Positions 39,995 through 52,910 are shown, numbered from the stretch's first letter. The stretch: 64,000 bases of DNA from Eledone cirrhosa (GCA_964016885.1 OZ024742.1:100688001-100752000); one strand, 5' to 3'. Translations and numbers: made by a program. The notes: generated from the letters alone by a model not told the origin.

Positions 39995-40580
39995 TGTTTG
40001 GCAGTATTGGTAGAGCATCAGACACCATGCGTTGCAGCATAGAGTTATGGCCCTTTATGATTTGAGTTTAAATCCCGCCAAGATTAACTTTGCCTTTCAT
40101 CCTTACGGGGTTGATAAAATAAAGTACCAGTCACGCACTTGGGTCGATTTAATCAACTTTCCCCTCCGCCAATATTGATGGCCTTGTGCCTATATAAGAA
40201 ACCCTTATTATTGAGGCCGTTAGAACATTGGACAACATGCTTTGTGATAAGTAGTCATGGCCCTTTACATTCTGAGCTTAAATCCCACCAAGCTTTTCAT
40301 CCTTACGTGGTCAATAAAATAAAATACCAGCAATGCACCAGTAATGGACTTTCCCCATCCCTTTAATTATTGGCCTTGTGGTTAAATCAGAAATCATCAT
40401 TATTATTATTATTGAGGTTGTTAGATCATTAGACAACATGCTTTGTGACATGTAGTTACGGCCCCTTATATTCTGAGTTCAAGTCCCATTGAGATTAGCT
40501 TTGCCTTTTATCCTTACAGGGTCGATAAAATGAAGAACCAGTAATGCATTGGAGTTGATTTAATTGACTTTCCCCTTCCC
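39995..40580 (+). mobile_element. Three head-to-tail family-A SINEs
   Basis: Three repeats of the B box plus CTTTCATCCTTACG core, separated by (ATT)n. Confidence 0.8.
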
Positions 40581-41076
40581 TTAAAAAATGGTGATGATGA
40601 TGATATATCTATATAATGTATATGATGGACTCTACCATAGATTATGACATATGAGGATCCAAACAAACTATTCAATTAATACAGTTTTGATGTTTATATC
40701 AGGCATGACATTTTAGACCTGCCAAGGATTTGCAAGCAAATCCATAGATCAAGCAAGGGGGAGGGGGGGGGGGTTGCTGGATAATGGTGCTGGTATGTTT
40801 GATAATGCTTTTCCCCTCCCTCTTGCTTCTTGTAGCCTATGGATACAACCTGACTCAAAATTCTTGATCCCATTATGACACACAGATCTCCAGTTCTTTC
40901 ACTGCAGATCCACTTGCTCAAATGTCTCATATATATATATATAAATATATATATTTATGAGAAGACAGGGTCACCTGACCTGGCATTGTTCACAACAGGT
41001 CAACTCATCTATCCTATTCTAGTGGGGAAAAATGGATATTAAACAGTGATGAGGATGAGGATGATAATGATATATA

Positions 41077-41121
<45 letters not shown>

Positions 41122-41639
41122 GTAGCTGATTTCTCAGACTTTTTCGAAGCACTGAGAGGATAAAGTTAATATAAAGAGTGGTGTGCTCATACACAGCGAT
41201 GCTATAAAATAGCTTATAAAATAGGGTGAATGCCCTTAAAATGGAAAAAGAAGTCATATTTCCTAGATAATATGGTCTTGGGCTCACAATTATGAACCCA
41301 TCGATTCCACTTTTGGACCAGGTGGTATGTTGTGTTCTTGAGCAAGACACTTCACATTACTTTTCATGAGAGGACAGGAGACTTAATCATTAAAAGATCC
41401 TAGAATCTCCACCTCCACCTGCAATGAGATGCAACCTTGTAGGAGGTCAGCTAAATCTGCGTGAGTATGAGCTGTAAATTTCATTCAGTTGTTTTTCATT
41501 TCAACACCCGCATCTACACACACACATACACACACACAAAGGAAAAGCCTTGTCAGTTTATTGTGTGTGACCTGGAATATAGGACACTCTGTCATGTCTC
41601 TTAGTTACTTAATGGGTGTTGATATTATTACTACTACTA

Positions 41640-42085
41640 ATAATAATAATTGTTTCTACGTTTGGCACAAGGCCAGCAATTACCCAGTGTATTACTGCTA
41701 CTTTATTTTATCGACCCCGTAAGGATGAAAGGCAAAGTTAACCTCAATGGGATTTGAACTCAGACCGTAATGATTATGCAAGTAATGTAGCATTCCTTAT
41801 TAGATTTTATCAGTAGCACCTAAATAAACAATGTTAAAATATACACCTATTATGAGTCATGGGTAGTTAGATATAGGCAGAAATTCCTTAATTAATTGAT
41901 TCTACTTTTGGCACAAGGCCAGCAATTAACCAGTGTATTACTGGTACTTTATTTTCTCGACCCCGTAAGGATGAAAGGCAAAGTTAACCTCGGCGAGATT
42001 TGAACTCAGACCATAAAGGGGCATAACTCTATGCTGGAAAGCATAGCATCTGACCCTCTATGGATACTGCCAATTCACCGCCCTT
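41640..42085 (-). mobile_element. Two family-A SINEs (one 5'-truncated, one full)
   Basis: Reverse complements at about 41640-41770 and 41895-42085. Confidence 0.8.
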
Positions 42086-42240
42086 AATTAATGTCACACA
42101 CACACACACAAATGTCACACACACACACACAAATGTCACACACACACACCATGCAATTGAATGGTGTGGGGTGGGATGAGATTGAGGAGATAGCCAGAGT
42201 TTGTGTGCATGAATATGTATATATATACATAGATATATAG

Positions 42241-42362
<122 letters not shown>

Positions 42363-42461
42363 ATATATATATACATATATATACATATATACATATATAT
42401 ATACATATATATACATATATATATAAGCGATTCTTTGCTTAAACTTTAATCTGTTATTTTA

Positions 42462-42524
<63 letters not shown>

Positions 42525-42528
<4 letters not shown>

Positions 42529-42721
42529 GCTGGGCTGAACATTTCCTAGGCTTACTATGAAGGAGTGATGCTAGAACTGTGAAATCTTCCATGCATTAAT
42601 TTCAACCCTTCTTAGTATAATATCATTGTTTCTTTCTAGGGACTATGTTGAAAAATAAATCTCATTTGAACATTCCATGAGAGTATCTTGGTCAGCCTAT
42701 GAAATTTTCAGTTGACCCTCA
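42525..42721 (+). mobile_element. Non-autonomous mariner element
   Basis: About 31-bp imperfect TIRs TGAGGCTGGGCTGAACATTTCCTAGGCTTAC / GTCAGCCTATGAAATTTTCAGTTGACCCTCA, TA flanks, and the residual mariner C-terminus GDYVEK*. Confidence 0.8.
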
Positions 42722-43255
42722 TATATGTGTGTGTGTGGACATGAAGAGAAGCCCGCCAAATAAATCTAATGACAATAACTGCTATAGCAACAAGTGTAAC
42801 AACCATAAATATGGCTAAGAACAGGGAGAACTGACAAAGAAAAAGTAGGAGGTGAAGTGGCAGTAGTAGTAGGAGAAAGAAAAGGAAATGAACACATGAG
42901 AAAGAGGAGGTATATATATATATATATATACACACACGTGTGTGTGTGTGTGTGTGTGCGTGCACGCGTGTGTGTGTGTGTGTGCGTGCGCATGTACATG
43001 TGTGTGTATGCATAGCCCCAGGTAAAAAAGATCCACCTGTCTAGTGTGTGTTTGACAGCAGGAAATAGCAGGGAACTACTTCAGTGTATGTATGTTTATA
43101 ATATAGCTGACATTGTTGTTTGTTGGCCCCATTACTAACAAACCTACCTAACTATCTATACATTCCCTCACACACTTACTTGCCTTGCATATGAACTTCT
43201 ATAGTGTAAACTTCATCTTTCATTGTATCCAAGCCTGTGTGTGTTTGTAAACGTC

Positions 43256-43296
<41 letters not shown>

Positions 43297-43300
<4 letters not shown>

Positions 43301-43683
43301 CGATGACACACGACCATGACCTCTGGCATCACGCAGTAATACAGAATACCCGATCCCCCATGGTACAAGCCGAAGCTGAAGCATATAGACAATATGCCCC
43401 CACACCCTCCCACTGCAAAATGGTCGTGGAGGTGCCACTGCAAAATGCACCCAGCCCACACTGTAAAGTGGACGTGTAGGCGCCATGGAAAAAAAAGCAT
43501 CTAACACTCACTGTAAATGAGGTTGGTGTTAGGAAGGGCATCCAGCTGTAGAAATCAAGCCAGAATCAGTTCCCGTATGAGCAAGACAAGGTCAGCTGAC
43601 CGGACACTGCCCACAACAGGACAACCCATCTAACCCATGCTAGTGTGGAAGAATGGACGTAAAACGGTGATGATGATGATGAT
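43297..43683 (+). mobile_element. RTE LINE 3' end with long 3' UTR
   Basis: MTHDHDLWHHAVIQNTR (RTE C-terminus), two 48-bp units, GGAAGGGCATCCAGC and (GAT)n. Confidence 0.82.
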
Positions 43684-44514
43684 ATATATATAGTAAGAGA
43701 AAGGAGAGATAGATATGAAGCAAAGTTTTTGGAGGATGATAAACACGAGAAATACCAATCATTCTGGTTAGATATATAACTTTACTTCACTTCAGCAAAA
43801 AGGAAAAAGAATATGATTACTTTGAATCATAAATATAAAGTTTGATTGTAGTATTAACAAATAAATATAGTGTTCAAAAAGGCTTCTTCGATGTTCCCTT
43901 AAATAGTGAAAATTTGTAGTCAAACAATACATACCAGAGAAGATAGTAGTAAGCTCGCAGTGAAAAGGAAGCTGTGTTGTCTATATGAGAGGCAGATGAC
44001 TGAGTGTGGTTGAAGTACTTATGGAAGAATTGCTGTTGGGGCCCTTGTGAAGAGGGCTGGAGTTTTTTGCTAAGTGCTAATCTCGCTACTTGCTTAAGTA
44101 ACTCGAAGTGATCCTACTCTTCCAAGGAACCAGAGTCAAATGACCCAAAGAAAAACTTATTTTATTTCACATCAAGCTGACCAGCTTCTCCAGACAACTG
44201 ACCCAACTGAGATAAAGAAAAATAGCAGTCAGATGTCATTCGGGGGTCAATATGAACGAAGAGATTTCGCTATATATGTATATATATATGTATATATATA
44301 TATATATAGTATTAAGGGTACTATTTATGGTTATGTATGCAATAAAACCTTTAATGGTAATATATTATATATACAAACCCTAAATAGTGAAAGATAGTCA
44401 TTAATTACTATCCTATTACCAGTAAGATAAATAGCTCAATGTAATAACATCAGTTGTTTTACAGAGCAGTTATATAGAGATTACAATAATCAAAGTTCAG
44501 TTTAAGTCATTTAT

Positions 44515-44563
44515 TTGCTTACAATTGTTTCCTCCAAACCGAGGTTTGGATTCTTCGGAGCAA
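44515..44563 (-). ncRNA. Hammerhead-like fold, U4C variant (mirror copy)
   Basis: Exact reverse complement of 45175-45223. Confidence 0.6.
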
Positions 44564-45174
44564 CTATTTACTGATCTATAACATACTTGACCTCCTTTTC
44601 AACCCAAGAGACACATAAAACATATGCGCATATTGATCAACAGTGGGGTGACATTCATCAAATGATATAGCATGGCAATTTACATATAAAGGTTACAGGA
44701 TAAAAATAAAATAAAAACAAGAATGAAAATAAAGATAAACATGAAGCGTTGGCAGTCTATGAAGATAAAGCAAGAGGAAAGTTTAGAGTAGTCAGTGTAT
44801 GAAACAATCTCACGTGTAGCATGCACGCGTGTCTTATTTATACATGATTAGAGTGCGTCAGAATGATATTTGCAGGGTCAGGCAGTTGAAGCAGGCAATC
44901 GATCTTATTATGTGGGCTGAATTATTAAGTCCTTTATTCTCATACATCTGTATGATATACAGTCTCGGATGCAGGGAAACACCAAAATATCAAAAACTTT
45001 CAACATACTATAAACCTTATTGTATCATAGGCATGTATCCTGTAACCTTTATATGTAAATTGCCATGTTATATCATTTGATGAATGTCACCCCACTGTTG
45101 ATCAATATGCGCATATGTTTTATGTGTCTCTTGGGTTGAAAAGGAGGTCAAGTATGTTATAGATCAGTAAATAG

Positions 45175-45223
45175 TTGCTCCGAAGAATCCAAACCTCGGT
45201 TTGGAGGAAACAATTGTAAGCAA
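45175..45223 (+). ncRNA. Minimal type-I hammerhead-like fold, U4C variant
   Basis: TTGCT-CCGAAGA-A-TCCAAACC-TC-GGTTTGGA-G-GAAAC-AATT-GTA-AGCAA, then AATAAA; palindromic loop III; A.G mismatch at the base of stem II. Confidence 0.6.
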
Positions 45224-45329
45224 ATAAATGACTTAAACTGAACTTTGATTATTGTAATCTATATATATATATATATATATATATAGATACATATATTAAT
45301 ATATATATTAATATATATATATATATATA

Positions 45330-45935
45330 TGGTGGCTGCCAACTCGTTTTCGAGTACGGCCACTACTTTATATCCATGTAGGAGAACTCCTACCGTTGCG
45401 CTGAACGAGTGTGACTTTTTAGTCCAGCCAGCGACTTGAAAACTCTGGTACAAACACTACACCTGTGACAATTATTGACACATAGTGCTGGGCCCATGGT
45501 ACCATGTGACGACAAGTGCAGAGAGATCTCCAGATATAAAGCAATGCGTGTGCCGTGAAGCTTTTATAGTGAGCAAAGGCACTGCACAAAGCCAGTCCCA
45601 CTCTCTTAACCAAGATGATATTTACCAAAAAGAAGAACAAGTCAACATCATTGGATACCATCAGGGTTGCAGGTGTTATATCAGAGTTTTCCTTCTCCTA
45701 GAATTCTGCCTTGACAAAGGCTAAGGGGTCATCTCTCCCGGTGATTTTGGATGGTCATTATCTCTTAAGAGCTCCTTTGCCCTTTGACAGGTTTTGTTTT
45801 TAGTCCTGCAGGATGTCCAAAGTCACCCTCCTCACCAAGAAACCTTGGTGGGGTTGCCAGTTTAGTCGCCAACGACCCGACCATGAGACAGGTTGTACTG
45901 GGATACATGTTACCAGTAACACCAACTGGTGACCT

Positions 45936-45938
<3 letters not shown>
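45330..45938 (-). mobile_element. Non-autonomous bipartite RTE element (5' UTR fused to C2H2-coding 3' end)
   Basis: The 5' part has the RTE-5'UTR-like TCTAGGAGAAGGAAAACTCTGA; the 3' 175 bp matches 8063-8236; no APE or RT; (TA)n on both sides. Confidence 0.75.
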
Positions 45939-45987
<49 letters not shown>

Positions 45988-45989
<2 letters not shown>

Positions 45990-46390
45990 TCATCATCATC
46001 ATTATCATCATTTTACGTCTGCTTTTCCCTGCTTGCAAGGGTGGAACGGGAACTGATTCTGGCTTTATTTCTACAGTTAGATGCCCTTCCTAACACCAAC
46101 CTCATTTACAGTGAGTGCTGCGTGCTTTCTTCCGTGGCGCCTACATGTCCTCTTTACAGTGTGGGCTGGGTGCTTTTCTTTTTTGCCGTGGCACCTCCAC
46201 GACCACTTTGCAGTGGAATGATAGGGACCCCAGTCCCTATCATTCCACTCATTTCTACAGCTGAGTAAACTGGAGCAATGTGAAATAAAGTGTCTTGCTC
46301 AAAGAAACAACACATCACCCTTTCTGAGAATTCAACTCACAACCTTTCGATTGCAAGCCCAATGCTCTAACCACTAAGCCATGTGCCTCC
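45988..46390 (-). mobile_element. Full-length family-B SINE
   Basis: Same head, CORE and tail as 14101-14452, with one extra 48-bp unit. Confidence 0.85.
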
Positions 46391-46676
46391 ATATATATAT
46401 ATATATATTAAGGTGCAAATTAATTGTGTCCATAGGTGGTATGCCAAATGAGCACTCTATGCTCTTTGGGAGCAGAATATCAATGATACTAATATATAAA
46501 CAAATAAAGAATCAGTGTTGCACCATAGACATATGTAATATATAATTAAATATGTACATGATGCAACACTCATTCTTTGTTCGTTTATATATATATATAT
46601 TTGTACATTACCCTATGTACTATACATACACTTGTTGATGAGTTGTAGTGCACCTGAGCACTGTACACAATATTTC

Positions 46677-46709
<33 letters not shown>

Positions 46710-46713
46710 TATA

Positions 46714-46908
46714 AGGGCGGTGGATTGGCAGTATCGGTAGAGGGTCGGACGCCATGCTTTCCAGCATAGTTACGTCCCTTTACGATCTGAGTTCAAATCT
46801 CGCCGAGGTTGACTTTGCCTTTCATCCTTACGGGGTCGATAAAATAAAGTACCAGTAATGCACTGGGTAATTGCTGGCCTTGTGCCTAAAGTAGAAACAA
46901 TTATTATT
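46714..46908 (+). mobile_element. Full-length family-A SINE (young copy)
   Basis: GGGCGGTGGATTGGCAGTATCGGTAG..GAGTTCAAATC..GTAGAAACAATTATTATT; CpGs retained; near-identical to the copy at 4319-4500. Confidence 0.88.
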
Positions 46909-46931
46909 ATATATATATATATGTATATATA

Positions 46932-47215
46932 TCATCCTCATTGTTTAACGCCCATTTTCCTCACTAGTATATGTTGATATATCGCCCATTTTTTCACTCT
47001 TGCATGGGTCGGATGGGTCCTTTTCAGCACAGCATCTCTCCACTCATCACGTTCCTTTGTCATCTCCTCTCCAAGTCTCAGCGATTTGAGATCAGATTTC
47101 ACCATCTCTGCCCAGGATTTTCTTGGTCTACCTCTACTGTGGCTTCCTACCACTGTAATTTCCTGGCACCTCACCCAGTGATCATCATCCTTGTGCATCA
47201 TATGTCCATACCAAT
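46932..47215 (-). mobile_element. RTE LINE 3' end (short-UTR subfamily)
   Basis: MMHKDDDHWV..GRPRKSWAEMVKSDL..WRDAVLKRTHPT followed directly by the tail. Confidence 0.85.
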
Positions 47216-47589
47216 GCTGACTTCTCTTGAATTCCTCTTAAACACAGTTTCTCCCTCAAGCCACTGAAAGTAAAGACTCTCTCCCTGGATGGAATGCCAA
47301 TCCCTTGCAGTGTTAACCTCTGGCAACTACTGATGGTACTCATTTTCAGTTGAGGGGACTGGAGTTACATGAAATGAAGTGTTTCGTTCAAGAACACAAC
47401 ACACTACTTTCTCCAAATATCAAACCCTCATCATTATGATTATATGTCTGACATCTGAACTACTAGTCCAAATGTACAAATATATATATGTATATTGGTG
47501 TGCGTGTATATGTATTATAATGTGTGTGTGTATTACATGTATACAGATGTCTATATGTATGTATATATATGTCTGTATATATATGTATA

Positions 47590-47624
<35 letters not shown>

Positions 47625-47627
<3 letters not shown>

Positions 47628-47710
47628 AACGAGTAGGACCCCGACGGCTGAGCTCCAGAATTAGCCGTCGAAACGGCTTGAGCTCAGCCGTTGGGGTCCT
47701 ACTCGTTCCT
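47625..47710. repeat. 86-bp GC-rich branched hairpin element next to (TA)n
   Basis: 31-bp arms AGGAACGAGTAGGACCCCGACGGCTGAGCTC / GAGCTCAGCCGTTGGGGTCCTACTCGTTCCT with inner hairpin AGCCGT-CGAA-ACGGCT; right-half copies at 18155-18217 and 30064-30113. Confidence 0.85.
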
Positions 47711-47788
47711 ATTACCCACTCTACTACCCTAAGTATTGAGTACTTTGGTGCGTTATGGTCCACCTGGTTCCTTACTACATTTCCTTTG

Positions 47789-47836
<48 letters not shown>

Positions 47837-48284
47837 CTATCTATCTATAAAAAAAGATATCTATATATGTATATATATATATGTATATGCATATGTATAT
47901 GTGTATATATATGTGTGTGTGTGTGTGTGTGTGAGTGGATACAAGAGTTTTGCGGGGAAGAGAGAGAGAGAGACTTCAAGTAAAATCTGCTCCCAACAAC
48001 CCCTCATGAAACATAAAATAAGTAGTAGGGTGTAAATTATGTTGAATTTCCCATCTTGAAATAGATATATTCACTGTACTGTAGTTATACTATACTGAGT
48101 AAGAAGTACTTTCAAACATTCAAACAAAGATACTATTATCCACGGTGTATTGGTGTGGATAAAGGGACAGCTTTTCTGTTAAACATTTTATATGTTGAAA
48201 AACAACCTTTCTTAAATTTCGTCTTTTTATTATTATTATTGTTATTATTTCTGTTTTATTATTATCATTATTATTATCATTATT

Positions 48285-49330
48285 ATTGGTTTAGGTGGAA
48301 GGCCAACAATTTTGGTGTAAAGGAAAATCTATTAAATCGACCCCAGTGCATTACTGATACTTTATTTTATCGACCCTGTAAGGATGAAAGACAAAGAAGA
48401 AAGGCAGGATTTAAACTCAGAATGTTATTATTATTAGAAATCATTATTTAGGATAAAGTAGCAGATTGGCAGTATCGGTAGAGCATTAGACGTGCTCTGT
48501 GGCACATAGTTGTAGCCCTTTACATTCTGAGTTGAAATCCTGATGAGGTTAGCTTTGCCTTTCAACCTTATGAGGTTGATAAAATAAAGTACATGTAATG
48601 CACTGGGGGTGATTTAATCAACTTTCCTCTCCCCCAAATTGTTGGCCTTGTGCCTAAATCTGAAACCATTATTAGAAATCCTTATTTAGGATAGGGTAGT
48701 AGATTGGCAGTATCTGTAAAGCATTGGACATGCTCTGTGGCACATTGTTATGGCTCTTTACATTCTGAGTTGAAATCCTGCCTAAATCAGAAACCATTAT
48801 TATTGGGCAGAGAATTGGCAGAGTCTTTAAAGTATTGGACAAATGCTGAGCAATATTTGTTCTGGCTCTCTTCATTCTGCATTGCAATGCTGCCAAGGCC
48901 ATATTTATCTTTCCTCCTTCTGGGGTCAATAAAATAAAGTACCAGTCAATCATTAGGGTTAATTTAATCCCCAAAATTGCTGGTCTTGTGCCTAAATCAG
49001 AAACCATTATTATTATTATTGGTGGTGGATTGGCAGTATCGATAGAGCGTCGGACACCATGCTTTGCAGCATAGAGTTACGCCCCTTTACGATCTGAGTT
49101 CAATTCCCGCTGAGGTTAGCTTTGCCTTTCATCCTTATGGGGTTGATAAAATAAAACACCAGTAATGCACTGGGGTCGATTTAATCAACTTTCCCCTCCC
49201 CCATAACTGCTGGCTTTGTGCCTATAGTAGAAATCATTATTATTGGATTTTGGGTCAATAAAATAAAGTACCAGTAATACACTGGGTAATTTCTGGCCTT
49301 GTGCCAAAAATAGAAACAATTATTATTGGA
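48285..49330 (+). mobile_element. Cluster of about six family-A SINE copies or fragments (first one inverted)
   Basis: Repeated TTGGCAGTATC heads and AGAAACCATTATTATT tails. Confidence 0.8.
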
Positions 49331-52119
49331 TTTTTCATCTGAGAAATGAATACTTTGTACTGTTTACATTCTGAGTTCAAATCACACTGATTGGGCTACA
49401 TCTTAAGCAAGAGTCATTCACCATAGCCACAGGCTGGTCTAAACATTGTGAATGAAATTGGATTGGAAAAAAACTGATAGAAAGCTGGTCAGATGGATTG
49501 TATCTGTGGAATGCTCCACCACTTACACTATAATATAAGATACACTGAACCTTTAATTCAGAGGGTCAGCTTTGTCACACACTGAATCTCCCTGAGTATT
49601 ATGTTAAATGTACACATCTCTGTGAATTGCTCAGCTATTTACACTATAATACACGACGGATGGTACCTCTAATTTAAAGAGCCATCATTTATATAGAAAC
49701 TATTTTAAATGGATTGTTTTGTATTACTTTCAAAAGAGTTAACCAAAACTGCAAGAAATATGTATGCAAACACATATTTCTAGCTGCATATTGTTTAGCT
49801 GCAATGTTTTCCTTACACTGAAGTTAAAGGTGCAGTTTATATATGAATATATATATGACATTTATTACTATGTTTGTTTAGTGTTTCTCCATTGTTAATT
49901 ATGTTTAGTTGAAATGATAAGCACTGAAACATAGTCATTGTGTGAATAAAAATAACAGATAAACTATGTTAATGACTGATTGGTCATTGGCATAGTTTAC
50001 CTGTTTACATACACACAAACACATATGGTATGTAGGCATTTACCTCTATATATGTTGGTGTAGTGTGGTGTGTATGTGTGAAGTGTATAAACATATATGA
50101 GATGTGACCCCTGGCCAGTCTGTGAGGACAGTGGTTCTGATTCAGTGTTGACTTGGTCTGTGATGATACATCCAACCCATGATAGTTTGGAAACACTGAT
50201 GTTGAATAATGATAATAGATGTTAGGAAGGGTATCTAACCATAGAAACCAAGCCAAAATTCAGATCCATATGAATAAGATGGAGTTTCTGGACCTGATTT
50301 GTCTCATAATGTGACAACTCACCTACCCCATGCAAGCGTGGTAAATGGATATTAAATGATGATAATGATGATTGTTAGAATTGTTTCATGAAAGCCAGAA
50401 TAATGCAAGTTAGAAATAAAGGAATGAAAATTAGTTTGAAAATGAGGTCCTAATACCAAATAAGACATATAAGATAAAGTGTAAACTGTTGTTTTGTTTT
50501 GGTTGTCATATACTTTATCCCATATTTCATATTTCAAGGCTAGAATCCCATTTTCAAACTCTAGTTTTCACTTTATTTTTAAGTTGTATTATACCAGCTT
50601 CCCCAATACAACCATAACCACATATTTCACAATCACAGTTTAGCATCTTTTTTCCATACTTGCATAAGTTAGATTAGTTGTTACATATTGAGGCTAGACT
50701 GGTCAGGTGTCCATACTCATATCCTCTATTTTGGGTTTGGTTTCTAAGGCTGTATGCCCTTCCTGATGCCAGGCTTCATGTCGTGTGTGTGGATATTCAG
50801 AAACTATTGTTGACACTTCCAAGTCATTGCCACCATTTCCTCTGGAAAATACATATACTCTGTTTACATGTATTGAGTACTCATTCAGTTAATATTTAAC
50901 CATTCTATATCCCCTTCAGCATACTGTAATATATCACAATCCATTGAGTAGTTGAGACAACATTAAAACATTTTCCCCTTCATAGAACATGATCTTGGCA
51001 AGTCAAATTGGCAGAACTTCTCTCTCTCTCTCCCCCTCTCTATTTATCTATCTATCTATCTATCTATGTATCTATCTATCTCTGGTCATGGTTCCACTGA
51101 CAAGCATGAAGTTTGATGATATTCAGTGAAATAGCTTTGGGAATTGTTAGAAACTCCATTCTTTCCCAAGAACATAGACAGCAGTGTGGCTTTGATGTGA
51201 GACCATGGTCAGGGAAAGCTGAGCCAGCAGCTATCCATGAATGACCTCAATACCAATATCGATTTCGACAGAGAGTTCCAGTTGTTCAATCAACTACCTG
51301 CTCATGAAATTAATATCTAAGTGAAGTGGCTTAGTATTCTATAGATACATGTACCCTTAATTTGACCCCTTCCCCAGAATATCCAATGTAACACAGTATG
51401 TAACAAGGTTGGCCCTTTGAATTACAGGTATACATTCACCCAACAAGCTTCCAAACAGGTTTTGTCCAATTTTACTCTCAAGGCATCAGTTGAGATGAAG
51501 CTATGATAAATAATTTTCACCCAAGATGACATGCAGTGTGATTAAATCTGGGAACTACTGGTTCATATATACAGATATGATGTTTTCATTGCCGATGTCC
51601 AGTGAGCATCAACAATGAAAACATCATATTTGCCTCTCCATTGTCTTTAGATTGGATTGCCATGGAAATGTAACCTTATTACATAAGATTCTGTTTAATG
51701 ATGACTGGCTGCATGATTGAACCATGATGTAGCCATGAATGCCATTGAAATATGTATCACAGTTATATTAATAAAGGATTTTTAAACAGCTACACCGAAC
51801 TTTGCATTTTCCTTATTCTACATATACTCCATTGTGGACTGACAAATCATGTTTAGAAGAAAATACATGACATTGAATGTTTAAATTGAATTGCATCATT
51901 ATTCACTGATTGGTGTGTTGCATATGCAACCCCGATTAGTCAACATGCTTACTCTAAGTATATACATATATATATATATAAAGATATATTGACACAATCA
52001 TCAGAGCATCTGACAATGTACCTCGTATTTGATCTGGTAGTTGAAGTTCTGATTTCAAATCCTGCCAAGGTTAGTAAAATAAAGTACGAGTCAAGTACTG
52101 GAGTTAATAATTGTTTCTC

Positions 52120-52290
52120 CTTTTGACACAAGGCCAGCAATTACCCAGTGCATTACTGGTACTTTATTTTATCGACCTCGTAAGGATGAAAGGCAAAGTT
52201 AACCTTGGCGGGATTTGAACTCAGAATGGCAAGGGCCGTAACTCTATGCGTCAAAGCATGGCGTCCGACCCTCTACTGATACTGCCAATA
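52120..52290 (-). mobile_element. Family-A SINE nested in an older SINE copy
   Basis: Reverse complement of the 1599-1797 type; flanked by the split halves of a diverged plus-strand copy (about 51995-52115 and 52295-52345). Confidence 0.75.
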
Positions 52291-52609
52291 ATACTGACTA
52301 ATTCCTCTTCCCCTTCTCAAATTTCTGACCTTGTGCCTATATTAAAAATATATATTTATATCATTGTTGTTGTTGTAATTATTGCAGCTGTTGTTATTGT
52401 TGTACTTAATAGATTCTTCCTTTATTTTTTTGCAGCTTGAACCAAATATTGTGTCTCTCTAAACTTTGACCAACGAGGGCAAAAATATAATAAAAACTAA
52501 AAGTAAGTAACATTATTTATTTATTTATTGTATAATTTTGGAGTGTGTGCGTCAGCATTATTAACCCTTTCATCTCAAGACTGCCACCTTACTCCTACTC
52601 TGTTATGTC

Positions 52610-52910
52610 TTCTGCCTCTTGGTCCTTGCCAACAGAATGGAGAAGACATTGCCCTGAAGGATGATGAGGGAGACGCACTGGAACAGCCACTCCACCTTGC
52701 TGGGCTCGTACCTGTGGGCAGCCAACTTCATTTCAATAGCAGTGAGTGGGGATGTGGTTCAGGGGCCAAGAACGCCAGAAGTCTCCACTGCTATAGGCTC
52801 AACCACAAACCTATCAGAAAGTGGCTGACACTTGGACAGTTTGCCTTTCTTGGTCTGGCAGATAGCAAAGCTTGGGTTTGTAGCCAAATGCACCAGTGTT
52901 GCTGCTAAAG
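52610..52910 (-). mobile_element. CRE-like LINE 3' fragment
   Basis: KLSKCQPLSDRFVVEPIAVETSGVLGP, homologous to the 24824-25100 segment. Confidence 0.75.

Larger units (their letters stand above)
44478..45260. repeat. Inverted repeat: 225-bp arms (44478-44702, 45036-45260), 333-bp spacer, one hammerhead-like fold per arm
   Basis: Arms are reverse complements, with one mismatch seen (44670/45068). Confidence 0.93.
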
